Translations under genes and position numbers: made by a program
Part shown: piece after piece, positions 26,961-37,906 of the stretch
How the letters are laid out: each line of letters opens with the position of its first letter
Position numbering within the stretch: position 1 is the stretch's first letter
The notes under the pieces: generated by a model
What the model was told of the DNA's origin: nothing
What the model saw: the letters and a program-made list of their open reading frames with translations, nothing else
Databases searched by the model: none
From: Nitrospinota bacterium
GTDB taxonomy: Bacteria; Nitrospinota_A; UBA7883; JADGGD01
Length of the DNA: 64,000 nucleotides
Direction: 5' to 3'
Assembly: GCA_942491805.1 (NCBI GenBank)
Contig: CALOCG010000031.1
Location: 20,514 to 84,513, forward strand

Positions 26961-28220
26961 GTGAAACCGCATCGAACCGTCGTCCGCCTGCTCGGCGTCT
27001 TTCTGGCGCTGACCGTCGGAGCGACCGCCTGCTCCACCTATAACAAGGAACCCGATTTTAGAAGGGACCTTGCGTCCGACCAGGACGAATATGGGATGGA
27101 CGCATGGCCCCCGAAAGAATCGATCTATACCCAACGTTTTGTCTGGAAGATGCGTTACCTCGCCCGTCAACTGGCCGACGGGAACGACTCGGTCGGCGTC
27201 TCCCTCTCCCCCCGCCAGTTCGGCGGCCATGCCAATCGGCAAGGGAACGGGAAGACGGTTTTGATGACGACGTTGGCGCCGGTGGAAGATCTCTACCGGG
27301 CCACCCCGTTCGGGAGGATCTGCGCCGAGCAACTGATGACCGAGATGAGCGCCTTGGGGTATCGGGTCATCGAGCCGAGGAAGACCACCGGCTATTACAT
27401 AAAAGATCACGAAGGGGAGTTCTCCCTTTCGCGGAAAGGGAGCGAGGTCGCCGCCGTCCATCAGGTCGACGCCGTGTTGGTGGGGACCTTCGCCCGCTCC
27501 GGCCCGCAGGCGTTGATCAACGTGCGGCTCGTCGCCGCCTCCGACGCGGCCATCCTCTCCGCCGCCACGGCGCAGATGGACTTACGGGGCGACCGGTTCC
27601 TCGAAAGCATGATGGACGCCGCCGCCTACGACGAGATGACGACTCCCCGTCGGGAACGATCACAAGACGATACCGGGATTCTGAACTATCGCCCCAAACT
27701 GCAACCGGAGACCGATCCCTATTCGGTGACCCTCGATCTGATGATCCGGCAGATGGCGCAAAACGCCTTCGAGACGGCGCCGAAACTGATGAGCGGCAAG
27801 AAGCCGCGTATCATGGTCGCCACCTTCGTCGACATCGATCATCTCTACCGGGCCACCACCTTCGGGCGGTTTCTGGCCGACCGGTTGATCGGCGAACTGG
27901 CCACCTTCGGCGCCGACGTGGCGGAGGTGCGGATCACCCCCGAGATGTATACCGACATCCGCATCGGCGAACTGGCCATGACCCGCGAAATGTCGCAGCT
28001 CATCGGCGATCACTCCGCCGACGCCTATCTGGTCGGCACGTATACCCGCGCCGGAGATCAGGCGTTGGTCAACGCCCGGCTGGTGATGGGGCAGAGCAAA
28101 AAAGTGGTTGGGGTAGGTCAGATGGTGGTCGACGCTGGACCGAAAAACAAGTTCGTGCAAGCGATGCTCGAAAACGAAGTGACAACCGTCATGCCGGGCG
28201 AAACGGTGGAAGGGTACTGA
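26961..28220 (+). CDS. FlgO/TolB-N-like lipoprotein (two modules)
   Basis: GTG start after AGGAGA; lipobox TVGATAC. Two copies of the module: LAPVEDLYRATPFGRICAEQL...VLVGTFARSGPQALINVRLV and VATFVDIDHLYRATTFGRFLADRL...YLVGTYTRAGDQALVNARLV. Confidence 0.55.
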   Translation: MKPHRTVVRLLGVFLALTVGATACSTYNKEPDFRRDLASDQDEYGMDAWPPKESIYTQRFVWKMRYLARQLADGNDSVGVSLSPRQFGGHANRQGNGKTVLMTTLAPVEDLYRATPFGRICAEQLMTEMSALGYRVIEPRKTTGYYIKDHEGEFSLSRKGSEVAAVHQVDAVLVGTFARSGPQALINVRLVAASDAAILSAATAQMDLRGDRFLESMMDAAAYDEMTTPRRERSQDDTGILNYRPKLQPETDPYSVTLDLMIRQMAQNAFETAPKLMSGKKPRIMVATFVDIDHLYRATTFGRFLADRLIGELATFGADVAEVRITPEMYTDIRIGELAMTREMSQLIGDHSADAYLVGTYTRAGDQALVNARLVMGQSKKVVGVGQMVVDAGPKNKFVQAMLENEVTTVMPGETVEGY

Positions 28221-28221
28221 C

Positions 28222-28776
28222 ATGCGAATGGTACGTAACGGCCTCGTGACGCTGCTCCTGCTGGCGACGGCAGGGTGCGCCTCCGGCGGCTATGGTATGA
28301 GCGGTCGTGGGGGAACCACCGCAGGCGGCGACGAGTTCGGCGCCCGCTATATGGCCCAAGTGGTCAAGAGCCAGCTCCGCGCGCGCGAAGTCCTCGATCA
28401 GCCGGTGGTGGTCACCACCTTCGTCGATCTGAACAACCTGAACCGGTCGTCGGTCTTCGGGCGGGTCTTGGCGGAGCGTTTGCTCAACGAAATGCATCTG
28501 GCCGGATTCACCGTCTCCGAGATCAGAAAAGGACGGGACATCTTCATTCGAGAAGAGGTCGGCGAGATGATCCTCTCCCGCGATACCCGCGAACTGCTGG
28601 GGCGGAGCAACGCCCGGGCCGTGCTGGCCGGAACCTACGTCGCCACCGACGATAGCGTCATCATCAACGCCCGTCTTATCGACGTCAATTCACCTCTCAT
28701 CCTCTCGTCCTGTTCGTATAACCTGAGGATGAACGATAAAGTCATGAAACTGCTGACCGGCGAATCCCCCTTCTGA
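28222..28776 (+). CDS. FlgO/TolB-N-like lipoprotein (one module)
   Basis: Starts 1 nt after the previous stop; lipobox LLATAGC. Module VVTTFVDLNNLNRSSVFGRVLAERL...VLAGTYVATDDSVIINARLID. Confidence 0.55.
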   Translation: MRMVRNGLVTLLLLATAGCASGGYGMSGRGGTTAGGDEFGARYMAQVVKSQLRAREVLDQPVVVTTFVDLNNLNRSSVFGRVLAERLLNEMHLAGFTVSEIRKGRDIFIREEVGEMILSRDTRELLGRSNARAVLAGTYVATDDSVIINARLIDVNSPLILSSCSYNLRMNDKVMKLLTGESPF

Positions 28777-28808
28777 CCGGGCCGATAATGCAAAAGGAGA
28801 CGAGACCG

Positions 28809-29258
28809 ATGAAACTGATCGCGCTGGCCTTGGCGGCCGTGGCCCTTCTTCTACCACCCGGCGGCGCGCAGGCCGAAACGATGACCGGGAACATCCAGGC
28901 CGAAACCCCGGTCACCGGCGGGGGCGCCGCCTCCACCGTGGAAGTGGGGGAGACCTTCCGCAAAAATCCGACCGCCGTCATCACCACGACCATCCTCCCT
29001 CCGACCATTCGAAAAGTCTCCGTGCTGGTGGAGAGTAACCCGGCCAACGCCGACATCGAAGTCGACGGGGTCTACGTCGGCGCCACGCCGGTGCAGATCG
29101 CCCTCAAAGAGGGGGTCCATCACGTGAAAGTCTCGCGGGAAGGATTTCTGCCGTGGGAGAAATCGGTGAAAGCTTATAACGGGCTTACCGTCTCGCCGAC
29201 GTTGGTGCAGGAATCTATTATCAAGCGGGACACCACACGCTCGGCGCAAACGAAATAG
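28809..29258 (+). CDS. PEGA-domain secreted protein
   Basis: Signal peptide MKLIALALAAVALLLPPGGAQA. VLVESNPANADIEVDGVYVGATPVQIALKEGVHHVKVSREGF fits the PEGA domain pattern. Confidence 0.6.
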   Translation: MKLIALALAAVALLLPPGGAQAETMTGNIQAETPVTGGGAASTVEVGETFRKNPTAVITTTILPPTIRKVSVLVESNPANADIEVDGVYVGATPVQIALKEGVHHVKVSREGFLPWEKSVKAYNGLTVSPTLVQESIIKRDTTRSAQTK

Positions 29259-29480
29259 GAAGAGCCTTCGACACCCCGCAAGATGACCCCCTCCGTTCCG
29301 TCTTTGAAGTAGGATAGTAACCGGCGAACCTAACCCGTTTCGTCCGGGAGACTCGTAGGGTCTCCCAAGCGGAACGGCCGAAAGTTTTCTTCGGTTACGT
29401 TCACCCCCGGCAAGTTGATTTGGTTTCCGTTCCGGGGGTACCTTGTCTTTTTCAAAAGAAAGTGACGCCTTGGGGGTTTC

Positions 29481-31602
29481 ATGACGTTTGGCGTAGCGGT
29501 AAGGGATCAGCCGGTTCAGTACCTCAAAGGGGTCGGGCCGAAGAAAGCCGAACTCTTGGCCAAACTCGGCGTCACCACCGTCAGCGATCTTTTGTTCCTT
29601 TTTCCGCATCGGTACGAAGACCGGAGCGCCGTCAAGAAGATCGCCGAGATAGAAGCCGGCGTCGTCGAAAGCGTTCGGGCCACCGTAAGAGAGGCTCATG
29701 CCTCGTACCGGTCGCGCGGCGGGCGAAGAGTGTTCGAAGTCTCTTTCGGCGACGAAACCGGCGTGATGAAAGCGATGTGGTTTAGAGCCCCCGCCAAAGC
29801 CTACCAAGCCCGGTTCGAAGCCGGGAGCCGTTGGCTCGTCGCCGGCAAAGTCGACTACGACAAATATCGGGGGAGCAAACGGATGACCCACCCCGAATGC
29901 CTTCCCCTGAGTGAAGAGGAAGGAGGGGATGAGGAGGCCGTACAGGGCCCAAAAATCATTCCGGTCTATCCCCTCACCGAGGGGCTGCAACAACGAGCCA
30001 TCCGAACCGCCCTCGCAGCGGCCGAAGAATATGTCGAAAGCCTCGTTGACTTCTTGCCCGACGAAATGAACCAGAGCTATCGTTTGCCCAGCTTGGGCGA
30101 CGCCATCCGGCAACTGCATTGGCCCCAGCCCGACGCCGACGTCGCGCAATTGAACGACGGACAGAGTCGGGCGCATAAGAAACTTGTCTTTAACGAGTTC
30201 TTTATCACTCAAGCCGCGCTGGCGTTGAAACGAAGGCAAGAACGATCCGCCCCCGGCGAAGCCTTCATCGTCGATGAGCCCCTCATGGCGAAGATTCGCT
30301 CCGTCTTCCCCTTCGCCTTCACCGGCGCCCAAGAGCGAGCCTTGATGGAGATCGCCAAAGATTTCGGTTCCGGCCATCCGATGAGTCGGCTCTTGCAAGG
30401 CGACGTCGGCTCCGGCAAAACCGCCGTCGCGCTCGCCGCCGCGTTGATCGCCGTGCGGAACCGGAAACAGGCCGCCATCATGGCGCCGACCGGAAATCCT
30501 CGCCGCCCAACATCATCGCAACGTAACGACGTTGTTGGAAGGAACGTCGGTCAACGTCGCCCTGCTCACCTCCGCCTCCCCGGGGAAGAAAGAAACCCTC
30601 GCCGCCATCGCCGACGGCAGCGTCCATATCGTCGTCGGCACCCACGCCATCATTCAAGACGGCGTCACCTTCCACGGCCTGGGACTCGCCGTCATCGACG
30701 AACAACACCGATTCGGCGTACGGCAACGGGCCGCCCTGATGGCGCGGGGCCATCGGGTCCATGCCCTCATCATGACCGCCACCCCGATCCCCCGAACGCT
30801 TGCCATGACCGCCTACGGCGATCTCGACGTCTCGATCATCGACGAACTTCCGCCGGGGCGGAGCCCCATCGCCACCACCGTCTATCCCCCGTCGCGTCGG
30901 GGCGAAGCGTTGGAGCGAGTGCGGGACGAAGTCGCCAAAGGGCGGCAAGCCTACGTCATCTATCCGTTGGTGGAAGAGAGTGAGAAGCTCGAACTGAAAG
31001 CGGCCACCACCATGTTCGAAGAGTTGCAACATGACGGGCTCGCCGGCCTTCGTCTCGGCCTGACCCACGGGCGGATGAAGTCGATAGAAAAAGAGGCCGT
31101 CATGGCCGCCTTCCGCGACGGAACCATCGACGTCCTTGTCTCGACAACCGTCGTCGAAGTCGGTGTCGACGTCGCTAACGCCACCGTCATCATGATCGAA
31201 CACGCCGAACGGTTCGGCCTGTCGCAGTTGCATCAGTTGCGCGGGCGGGTCGGAAGGTCGTCTCATACGTCGCGCTGTCTTCTGATGGCCGATACGGGCC
31301 CCGGCGCTCCCGGCTGGGAACGATTGAAGGTGATGGCCCGACATCAAGACGGTTTCGCCATCGCCGAAGAGGACTTGGCGATACGGGGCGCCGGCGATTT
31401 CTTCGGCGTCAAACAGTCGGGCGTGGCCGAGTTTCGTCTGGCCGACATCTTGCGCGACAACGCCATTCTTGCCGAAGCGAGGAAAGTAGCGTTTAATCTG
31501 GTGGAGCGGGACCCGACCTTGGCCGATCCGCAATGGGCGACCTTAAAACAGGGGGTCGAAGCCAACTGGGCGAAGCGGTTCGCCTTAGGAGAGATAGGGT
31601 AA
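29481..31602 (+). pseudogene. recG: ATP-dependent DNA helicase RecG, frame interrupted once (possible artefact)
   Basis: The wedge domain and Walker A (GDVGSGKTAVA) are in ORF 29481..30983. Helicase motifs (VIDEQHRFGV, MTATPIPRTLAMT, QLHQLRGRVGR) are in ORF 30532..1602-frame. Dropping one G of GG 30492-30493 restores APTEILAAQHH. Confidence 0.95.
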
Positions 31603-32487
31603 TGCGACAACGATTGATCGGAACGCTTCTTCTCTTGCTCGCCTCATGCGACCCGGCCGCCGACGGAACCTATCAGGGGTACGTCGAAGGGGAATACGTC
31701 ACCGTCGCCGCGCCTCTCGGAGGGCGGGTGATGCGGCTCGCCGTCGATGAGGGGGCTCGGGTGAAAAAAGGGGAACTTCTCTTCGAACTCGACCCCACCG
31801 CCGAGCGGGCGCAGCTGACCGAAGCGAACCAGCGGGCCTCGGGCGACGCAGGCGAAGCGGGAGCGAGCTCGTCGCAACTGGCGGCGTTTCAGGCGGCGCG
31901 CGATCAAGCCAAAGCCGATCACGATCTGGCGGTCGCCGAACTGAAACGGGCCCGGCGTCTCTCCACCGGCAAGGTGATCGACCAGGCGACCCTCGATCAG
32001 GCGACGGCGCGGGAAGCCGCGACCGCCGCACGGCTACGACAGGCCATGCGAAATATCGAAGCCGCCGCCGCCACGTCGCGCGCCGCCAATGCGGTGGTGA
32101 CGCAGGCCGCATGGCGCCTGAGCCAGATGACCGGCGTCGCGCCTGCCGATGGTCTCGTCATCCTCGTCGCCCGGCGAGAAGGGGAATGGGTGGCGCCGGG
32201 GGGGCGGGGTGGTCCGGCTCCTTCCCGACAACGGTCGCCTCGTCCGTTTCTTCGCGCCGCAATCGGCTCTCCCGACGCTTGCGCCAGGGACGAACGTCAC
32301 CGTCACCGCCGACGGTTTGGCGTCGCCGATCCTCTACCAGGTCACCCGGGTCGGCGAGAAGGCGGAGTATACCCCCCCCTTCATCTATAGCCGCGAGAGC
32401 CGCGAGAAACTCGTCTTCCTTGTCGAGGCTCGCCGCGATGGCGCCGACGGTCTCCCCCCCGGTCTGCCGGTGACGGTGACCCCGTGA
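31602..32487 (+). pseudogene. HlyD-family periplasmic adaptor lipoprotein, frame interrupted once (possible artefact)
   Basis: ATG overlaps the recG stop (TAATG); lipobox LLLASC. Biotinyl-lipoyl-like hairpin (VAAPLGGRVMRLAVDEGARVKKGELLFELD), coiled coil, then the beta-barrel part in ORF 32149..32487. The switch is at the G7 run 32198-32204. Confidence 0.7.
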
Positions 32488-33398
32488 CACGACGACCAGT
32501 CATAGAGGTAACCGGACTGGCCAAGTCGTTTAGAGGGGTTCCGGCGGTGAAAGGGATCTCGCTGACCGTCGAAGAGGGGGACATCTTCGGTTTCCTCGGC
32601 CCCAACGGGAGCGGCAAGACCACCACCATTCGGATGATCTGCGGCCTCCTCTCCGCCGACGAAGGGGAGGGGACCTGTCTCGGCTATGACGTCCGAACCG
32701 AACAGGCGTCGATCAAACGACACGTCGGTTACATGACCCAGCGGTTTTCTCTCTACGAAGATTTAACGGTCTGGGAGAATCTCGATTTCATCTCGCAGAT
32801 GTTCGACATCCCGCAACGGAAGAAAGTGGTCGACCGGGCCATCGAACGACTGGGCCTCGGTCATCGCCGCGACCAACTGGCAGGGGGGCTTTCCGGCGGT
32901 TGGAAGCAGCGGCTCGCGTTGGCGGCGAGTCTGATGCACAAACCAAAACTGTTACTGCTCGACGAACCGACGGCCGGGGTCGATCCGGCGGCGCGGCGCG
33001 ATTTCTGGGACACGATCCAGTCGCTCGCGGGAGATGGGGTGACGACACTGGTCTCGACCCACTATATGGACGAGGCGGAACGGTGCAACAAACTGGCCTA
33101 CATCGCTTACGGTGACATTTAAGCCCAAGGAACCGCCGCCGAGGTGATCGCCCAGTCAGGGCTTGCCACATGGGTCGTTACCGCCGACGCCGCTTGGTCT
33201 TTGTCGCGCCGTATCCAGACCATGCCGGGGGTGGAGCAGGTGGCCCTCTTCGGCGCCACGCTGCACGTCAGCGGACGGAACGCCGACGCCTTGGCCTCGT
33301 CGATGCGCATGTTGGCCGACGAGGGGCTTTCGGTCAAACCGGGGGCGCCGGGGTTGGAGGATGTCTTCATCGATCTGATGCAGGGGGTCAAACAATGA
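32484..33398 (+). pseudogene. ABC transporter ATP-binding protein with in-frame TAA at 33120-33122
   Basis: Walker A GPNGSGKTT, signature LSGGWKQR, Walker B LLLLDEPT. ORFs 32484..33122 and 33144..33398 are in the same frame, separated only by TAA. The sequence reads ...AYIAYGDI-stop-AQGTAAEVIAQSG... Confidence 0.9.
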
Positions 33399-34500
33399 TG
33401 GCCTTCTTCTCTCCCACCCGGATGGCGGCGGTGATGGTGAAAGAGTTTCGCCAGATGCGCCGTGACCGGGTGACCTTCGCCATCATGATCGGCATTCCCA
33501 TCATGCAGTTGATCATCTTCGGCTACGCCATTAACTTCGACCCGAAAGGATTGCCGACGGCGATCACCTACGCCGAAACGAGCGACCATACCCGCGAGCT
33601 GATGGCGGCCCTGCGGAACAGCGGCTATTTTGAAATCATAGCGCCGAAAGTGACCGAGGCCGAGGCGGCTCGGATGCTCGACCGGGGGGAGGTCCAGTTC
33701 GTCTTCTCGTTCCCCTCCGATTTCGAGCGGGCGTTGTTCCGGGGAGAGTCCCCTTCGATCTTGTTGCAGGTCGACGCCACCGATCCGGTGGCGGCCGGGA
33801 GCGCGTTGGGAGCGGTCACGACCATCGTGCCGACACTCTTCGGCGGCGCATCTTCGCCGAGAGCGACACTGACGGTCCATCGCCTCTACAACCCGGAGTC
33901 GGTGACGCGCTACAACATCGTGCCGGGGTTGCTCGGCGTGGTGTTGACCATGACCATGGTGCTGGTCACCGGCGTCGCCATGACCCGCGAACGGGAACGG
34001 GGGACCATGGAGAACCTTCTCTCGACCCCGGTCCGCCCGTTGGAGGTGATGATCGGGAAGATCATCCCCTACATCATCGTCGGCTATATTCAGGCGGGGC
34101 TGATTCTCTTTCTCGCATGGCTCATTTTCAACGTGCCGATGATGGGATCGATCGCCCTCCTGTTGACGGTCTCGTTTATTTTTATCGCCGCCAACCTTTC
34201 GGTGGGGATCACTTTTTCGACGGTGGCGCGGAACCAGTTGCAGGCGGTGCAGATGGCGTTCTTCTTCTTTCTCCCGTCGTTGCTTTTGTCCGGCTTCATG
34301 TTCCCGTTTCGCGGATGCCCGAATGGGCGCAGTGGATCGGCTCGATTCTGCCGTTGACCCACTTCTTGCGCATCGTCCGGGGGATATTGCTCAAGGGGCT
34401 GACGGTGGTCGATATCGCGCCGTTCGTCTGGCCGATGGCCTTATTTATGGTGGTGGCATTGACCATTGCGGTCATTAGATATCGAGAGACCCTCGATTAG
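33395..34500 (+). pseudogene. ABC-2 type transporter permease, frame interrupted once near the 3' end (possible artefact)
   Basis: ATGA overlap with the ATPase stop. MVKEFRQMRRDRVTFAIMIGIPIMQLIIFGY is a typical ABC-2 N-terminus. The last two helices (MPEWAQWIGSILPLTHFLRIVRGILLKG) are in ORF 34117..34500. One base appears to be missing around 34311-34317. Confidence 0.8.
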
Positions 34501-34616
34501 CAGGTTGTGGAAAAAGTCCCCTCATCTCCTTTTTCCCTCGTCCGCCAAAACGCGCGGTTTTTGGCGGACTCCCTTTTTCAGTCACGGGTCGTTCCTGAAA
34601 AACGCCGGTACATCCC
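34498..34616 (+). repeat. intergenic ~119-nt repeat element, copy B (central hairpin 34540-34569)
   Basis: Starts at the TAG stop of the permease gene. It is the same sequence family as 23430..23549, with the stem conserved and the loop differing. Confidence 0.8.
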
Positions 34617-34663
34617 TGTTGGGAGCGGTCGATGATTCCGGCTTTCTTTTGGTACGTTTTCTC

Positions 34664-37294
34664 CTAAAGATACGCCCGGAGTTTCTCGGCTTCTTCCTTG
34701 AACTTCGCCAGTTTCAGCCGATCCTTTTCGACCACCTCCGGCGGCGCGTTGGCCACGAAGCGTTCGTTGGAGAGTTTCTTGTCGTAGACCGCGATCTCCT
34801 TTTCCAGCTTCGCCAGCTCCTTCTCGATCTTCTTCTTTCGCTCGTCCATATCGACAAGCCCCGCCAGATCGACGAAGAGCTCGCACCCGGCCGCCATGCC
34901 GACCGCGAAATCGACCGGTTTGTCGTCAAGAGAGTCGATCAGCGTAATCGTCGCCTTCGTCAGCGTATTGATGAACGGCGCCTGCCGCGTGACCACATCG
35001 GCCACGGTCGTTTTGTCGCCGGTGAAAAGAGAGGCCGAGACCGTTTGCGACGGTTTTACCGACAGCTCCCCTTTGATGTTGCGGATAGCGACGATCACCT
35101 CCATCACCACCCCCATATCGGCTTCGATAGCGTCGTCGATCCGCGACGCGTCGACCTTCGGGAACGCCGCAGTCGTCACCATATCGCCTGACGGTTTGAA
35201 CCGTTGCCACAGCTCCTCCGTGATAAACGGCATGATCGGATGGAGCAAGCGCATGGTCGATTCCATGACGTGGGCCAACGTGTGCTGCGCCGCTTCTTTC
35301 CCCGGCTCCCGTCCCGAGAGACGCGGTTTCGACAATTCGAGATACCAGTCGCAGACCTCGTTCCAGGTGAAACGGTAAAGAGCGTTGGCCACCTCGTTGA
35401 ACTTGTAATCGTCCAACGCTTTTCGTACATCGACGATAGTCTGATTCAGGCGCGACAAAATCCACCGGTCGGCCAAGGCCAGATCGTCCCGGTCGACGTC
35501 GGTGGTCGTCATGTCGAACCCTTCGAGGTTCATAAGGGCGAACCGGGAGGCGTTCCAGAGCTTGTTGCAGAAGTTCCGGTACCCTTCGATCCGCTCCTCC
35601 GCCAGCTTGATGTCACGTCCCTGCGCCGCAAGAGCGGCGAGGGTCATCCGCATGGCGTCGGCGCCGAACTTTTCCATCACGTCCAACGGGTCGATGGTGT
35701 TCCCCGACGACTTGCTCATCTTTTTCCCTTCCGCGTCGCGGACGAGAGCGTGGATATAGACATCTTTGAAAGGCGCCTGACCGGTGAACTTCTTCCCCAT
35801 CATGATCATCCGTGCGACCCAGAAGAAGATGATGTCGAAGCTGGTTACCAACGTCGAGGTGGGGTAGAACTTATCGAGCGTCGCCGTCTTCTCCGGCCAT
35901 CCCTGTGTCGAGAAAGGCCAGAGGGCCGACGAGAACCAAGTGTCGAGAACGTCTTCTTCTTGCGCGATGTCCGACGAACCGCATTTCGCGCAGGCCGTCG
36001 GGTCGGTCCGGTGGACGGTCATATGTCCGCAGTCGGCGCAGCTCCACGCCGGGATGCGGTGCCCCCACCAGAGTTGGCGCGAGATGCACCAGTCGCGGAT
36101 ATTCTCCATCCAGTCGAAATAGAGATTCTCCCAATGCTGCGGGACGAACTTCACCTCGCCCGACTTCACCGCCTCGATAGCCGGAGCGGCAAGGGGAGCG
36201 ATCTTCACGAACCATTGCGGCGAGACGTCCGGTTCCACCACCGACGCGCACCGGTAACAGGCGCCGACGGCGTGGTTATGCTCATCGACTTTCACCAGAA
36301 GCCCCGCCTCCTCCAGATCGTCGACGATCTGTTTACGGGCGACGTACCGGTCGAGCCCTTTGTAGGGGCCGCCGTTTTCGTTGATCACCGCGTCTTTGTC
36401 GAAAATCTTGATCAACGGCAGGTCGTGTTTCCGGCCAAGCAAAAAGTCGTTCGGATCGTGGGCCGGGGTCACCTTCAGCCCACCGGAGCCGAAGGCCATA
36501 TCGACATATTCGTCGGCGATGATCGGGATCGCCCGGTTGATCAGCGGGATCAGGACGTTCTTGCCGATGAGATGTTTATACCGCTCGTCGTCCGGGTGGA
36601 CCGCCACCGCCGTGTCGCCAAGGAGCGTTTCGGGTCGGGTCGTGGCGATAACGAACGAGGCGTCGCTTCCCTCCACCGGGTAGGTGATGTGCCACATGTT
36701 CCCGGCTTTTTCTTCATGCTCCACCTCGATGTCGGAGAGGGCCGTGTGGCAACGGGGGCACCAGTTGATGATGTACTCGCCCTTATAGATCAGCCCTTCG
36801 TCGTAGAGGGTGACGAAGACTTCGCGGACCGCTTTGCTGAGTCCCTCGTCCATGGTGAACCGCTCTCGCTCCCAGTCGCAGGAGGCGCCGATCCGCTTGA
36901 GCTGGTTGATGATCCGCCCACCGTAGATCGCTTTCCAGTCCCACACCTGCTCCACGAAAGCGTCGCGCCCCAGCGCATGCCGGTCGGTTCCCTCGGAGGC
37001 CAGCTTTCGCTCCACCACGTTTTGCGTGGCGATACCGGCGTGATCGGTCCCCGGCATCCAGAGGGCGTTGAAGCCGTCCATCCGTTTGAACCGGATCAGG
37101 ATGTCCTGCAACGTGTTGTTGAGCGCATGGCCGATATGAAGAGCGCCGGTGACGTTGGGAGGGGGGATGACGACGGTGTACGACGGTTTTCCGGTCGGCT
37201 CGTTTTCGTCGGCGTGAAAAACCCCCTTTTCGATCCAGGCGGCGCCCCAACGTTCTTCGACCTCTTTCGGTTCGTACTGGCTTGGAATGTCCAA
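34664..37294 (-). CDS. valS: valine--tRNA ligase
   Basis: 876 aa. HIGH motif (PNVTGALHIGHAL), KMSKS motif (KKMSKSSGN), C-terminal coiled coil. Confidence 0.97.
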   Translation of the reverse strand: MDIPSQYEPKEVEERWGAAWIEKGVFHADENEPTGKPSYTVVIPPPNVTGALHIGHALNNTLQDILIRFKRMDGFNALWMPGTDHAGIATQNVVERKLASEGTDRHALGRDAFVEQVWDWKAIYGGRIINQLKRIGASCDWERERFTMDEGLSKAVREVFVTLYDEGLIYKGEYIINWCPRCHTALSDIEVEHEEKAGNMWHITYPVEGSDASFVIATTRPETLLGDTAVAVHPDDERYKHLIGKNVLIPLINRAIPIIADEYVDMAFGSGGLKVTPAHDPNDFLLGRKHDLPLIKIFDKDAVINENGGPYKGLDRYVARKQIVDDLEEAGLLVKVDEHNHAVGACYRCASVVEPDVSPQWFVKIAPLAAPAIEAVKSGEVKFVPQHWENLYFDWMENIRDWCISRQLWWGHRIPAWSCADCGHMTVHRTDPTACAKCGSSDIAQEEDVLDTWFSSALWPFSTQGWPEKTATLDKFYPTSTLVTSFDIIFFWVARMIMMGKKFTGQAPFKDVYIHALVRDAEGKKMSKSSGNTIDPLDVMEKFGADAMRMTLAALAAQGRDIKLAEERIEGYRNFCNKLWNASRFALMNLEGFDMTTTDVDRDDLALADRWILSRLNQTIVDVRKALDDYKFNEVANALYRFTWNEVCDWYLELSKPRLSGREPGKEAAQHTLAHVMESTMRLLHPIMPFITEELWQRFKPSGDMVTTAAFPKVDASRIDDAIEADMGVVMEVIVAIRNIKGELSVKPSQTVSASLFTGDKTTVADVVTRQAPFINTLTKATITLIDSLDDKPVDFAVGMAAGCELFVDLAGLVDMDERKKKIEKELAKLEKEIAVYDKKLSNERFVANAPPEVVEKDRLKLAKFKEEAEKLRAYL

Positions 37295-37343
37295 GGTAAA
37301 ACTCCGTTCGGATGCTTATATAGAAACGGGGAATTATATCAGC

Positions 37344-37808
37344 TTATGCCTCGGCCATGGCCATGATGATCTCCCACTCCTTGTCGGTCACCGGGGTGAT
37401 CGAGAGACGGTTCCCCCGGGCGATCACCTTCATGTCGCGCAAGCCGGGATGCTCTTTCAGCGCCGCGAGGGTCACGATCTGCGGCAAGTGTCGGACATAG
37501 GTGACGTCGACGTTGACCCAGCGGGGATTGTCGGGGGTCGCTTTCGGGTCGTAGTATTTGCTCTTGGGGTCGAACTGGAACCGGTCGGGATAGGCCTCTT
37601 TCGTGATCTTCACCACCCCGACGATCCCCGGTTCGGCGCAGTTGGAGTGGTAGAAAAAGCCGAGGTCCCCTTTATTCATCTCGTCTCGCATGAAGTTCCG
37701 GGCCTGATAATTCCGCACTCCGTCCCACGAGTCGGTTTTTTTCGGGCAGGCTTTCAGGTGGTCGAGTGAAAAGGTGATCGGTTCCGATTTGAACAGCCAG
37801 TGGCGCAT
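37344..37808 (-). CDS. EVE (PUA-like) domain protein
   Basis: MRHWLFKSEP...WDGVRNYQARNFMRDEMNKGDLGFFYHS...GIVGV...NRLSITPV matches the EVE/DUF55 family pattern. Confidence 0.8.
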   Translation of the reverse strand: MRHWLFKSEPITFSLDHLKACPKKTDSWDGVRNYQARNFMRDEMNKGDLGFFYHSNCAEPGIVGVVKITKEAYPDRFQFDPKSKYYDPKATPDNPRWVNVDVTYVRHLPQIVTLAALKEHPGLRDMKVIARGNRLSITPVTDKEWEIIMAMAEA

Positions 37809-37906
37809 GGCCCCTCCGGTGATGATGTTTTGAGTAAGGCTTTGTATTTTATGATAAAATTACCCGATTAGCCACTTCGCCACCTCTCTCGAAACGGAAC
37901 AGAGTA

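Noticed and set aside
28851-30398. 515-aa minus-strand ORF
   Set aside because: It is antisense to the PEGA gene and to the N-terminal half of recG, both of which have clear family signatures. Its own translation is Gly/Arg/Pro-rich with no recognisable domain.
35204-37366. 720-aa plus-strand ORF
   Set aside because: It is exactly antisense to valS, which is intact and has HIGH and KMSKS motifs. It is a shadow ORF.
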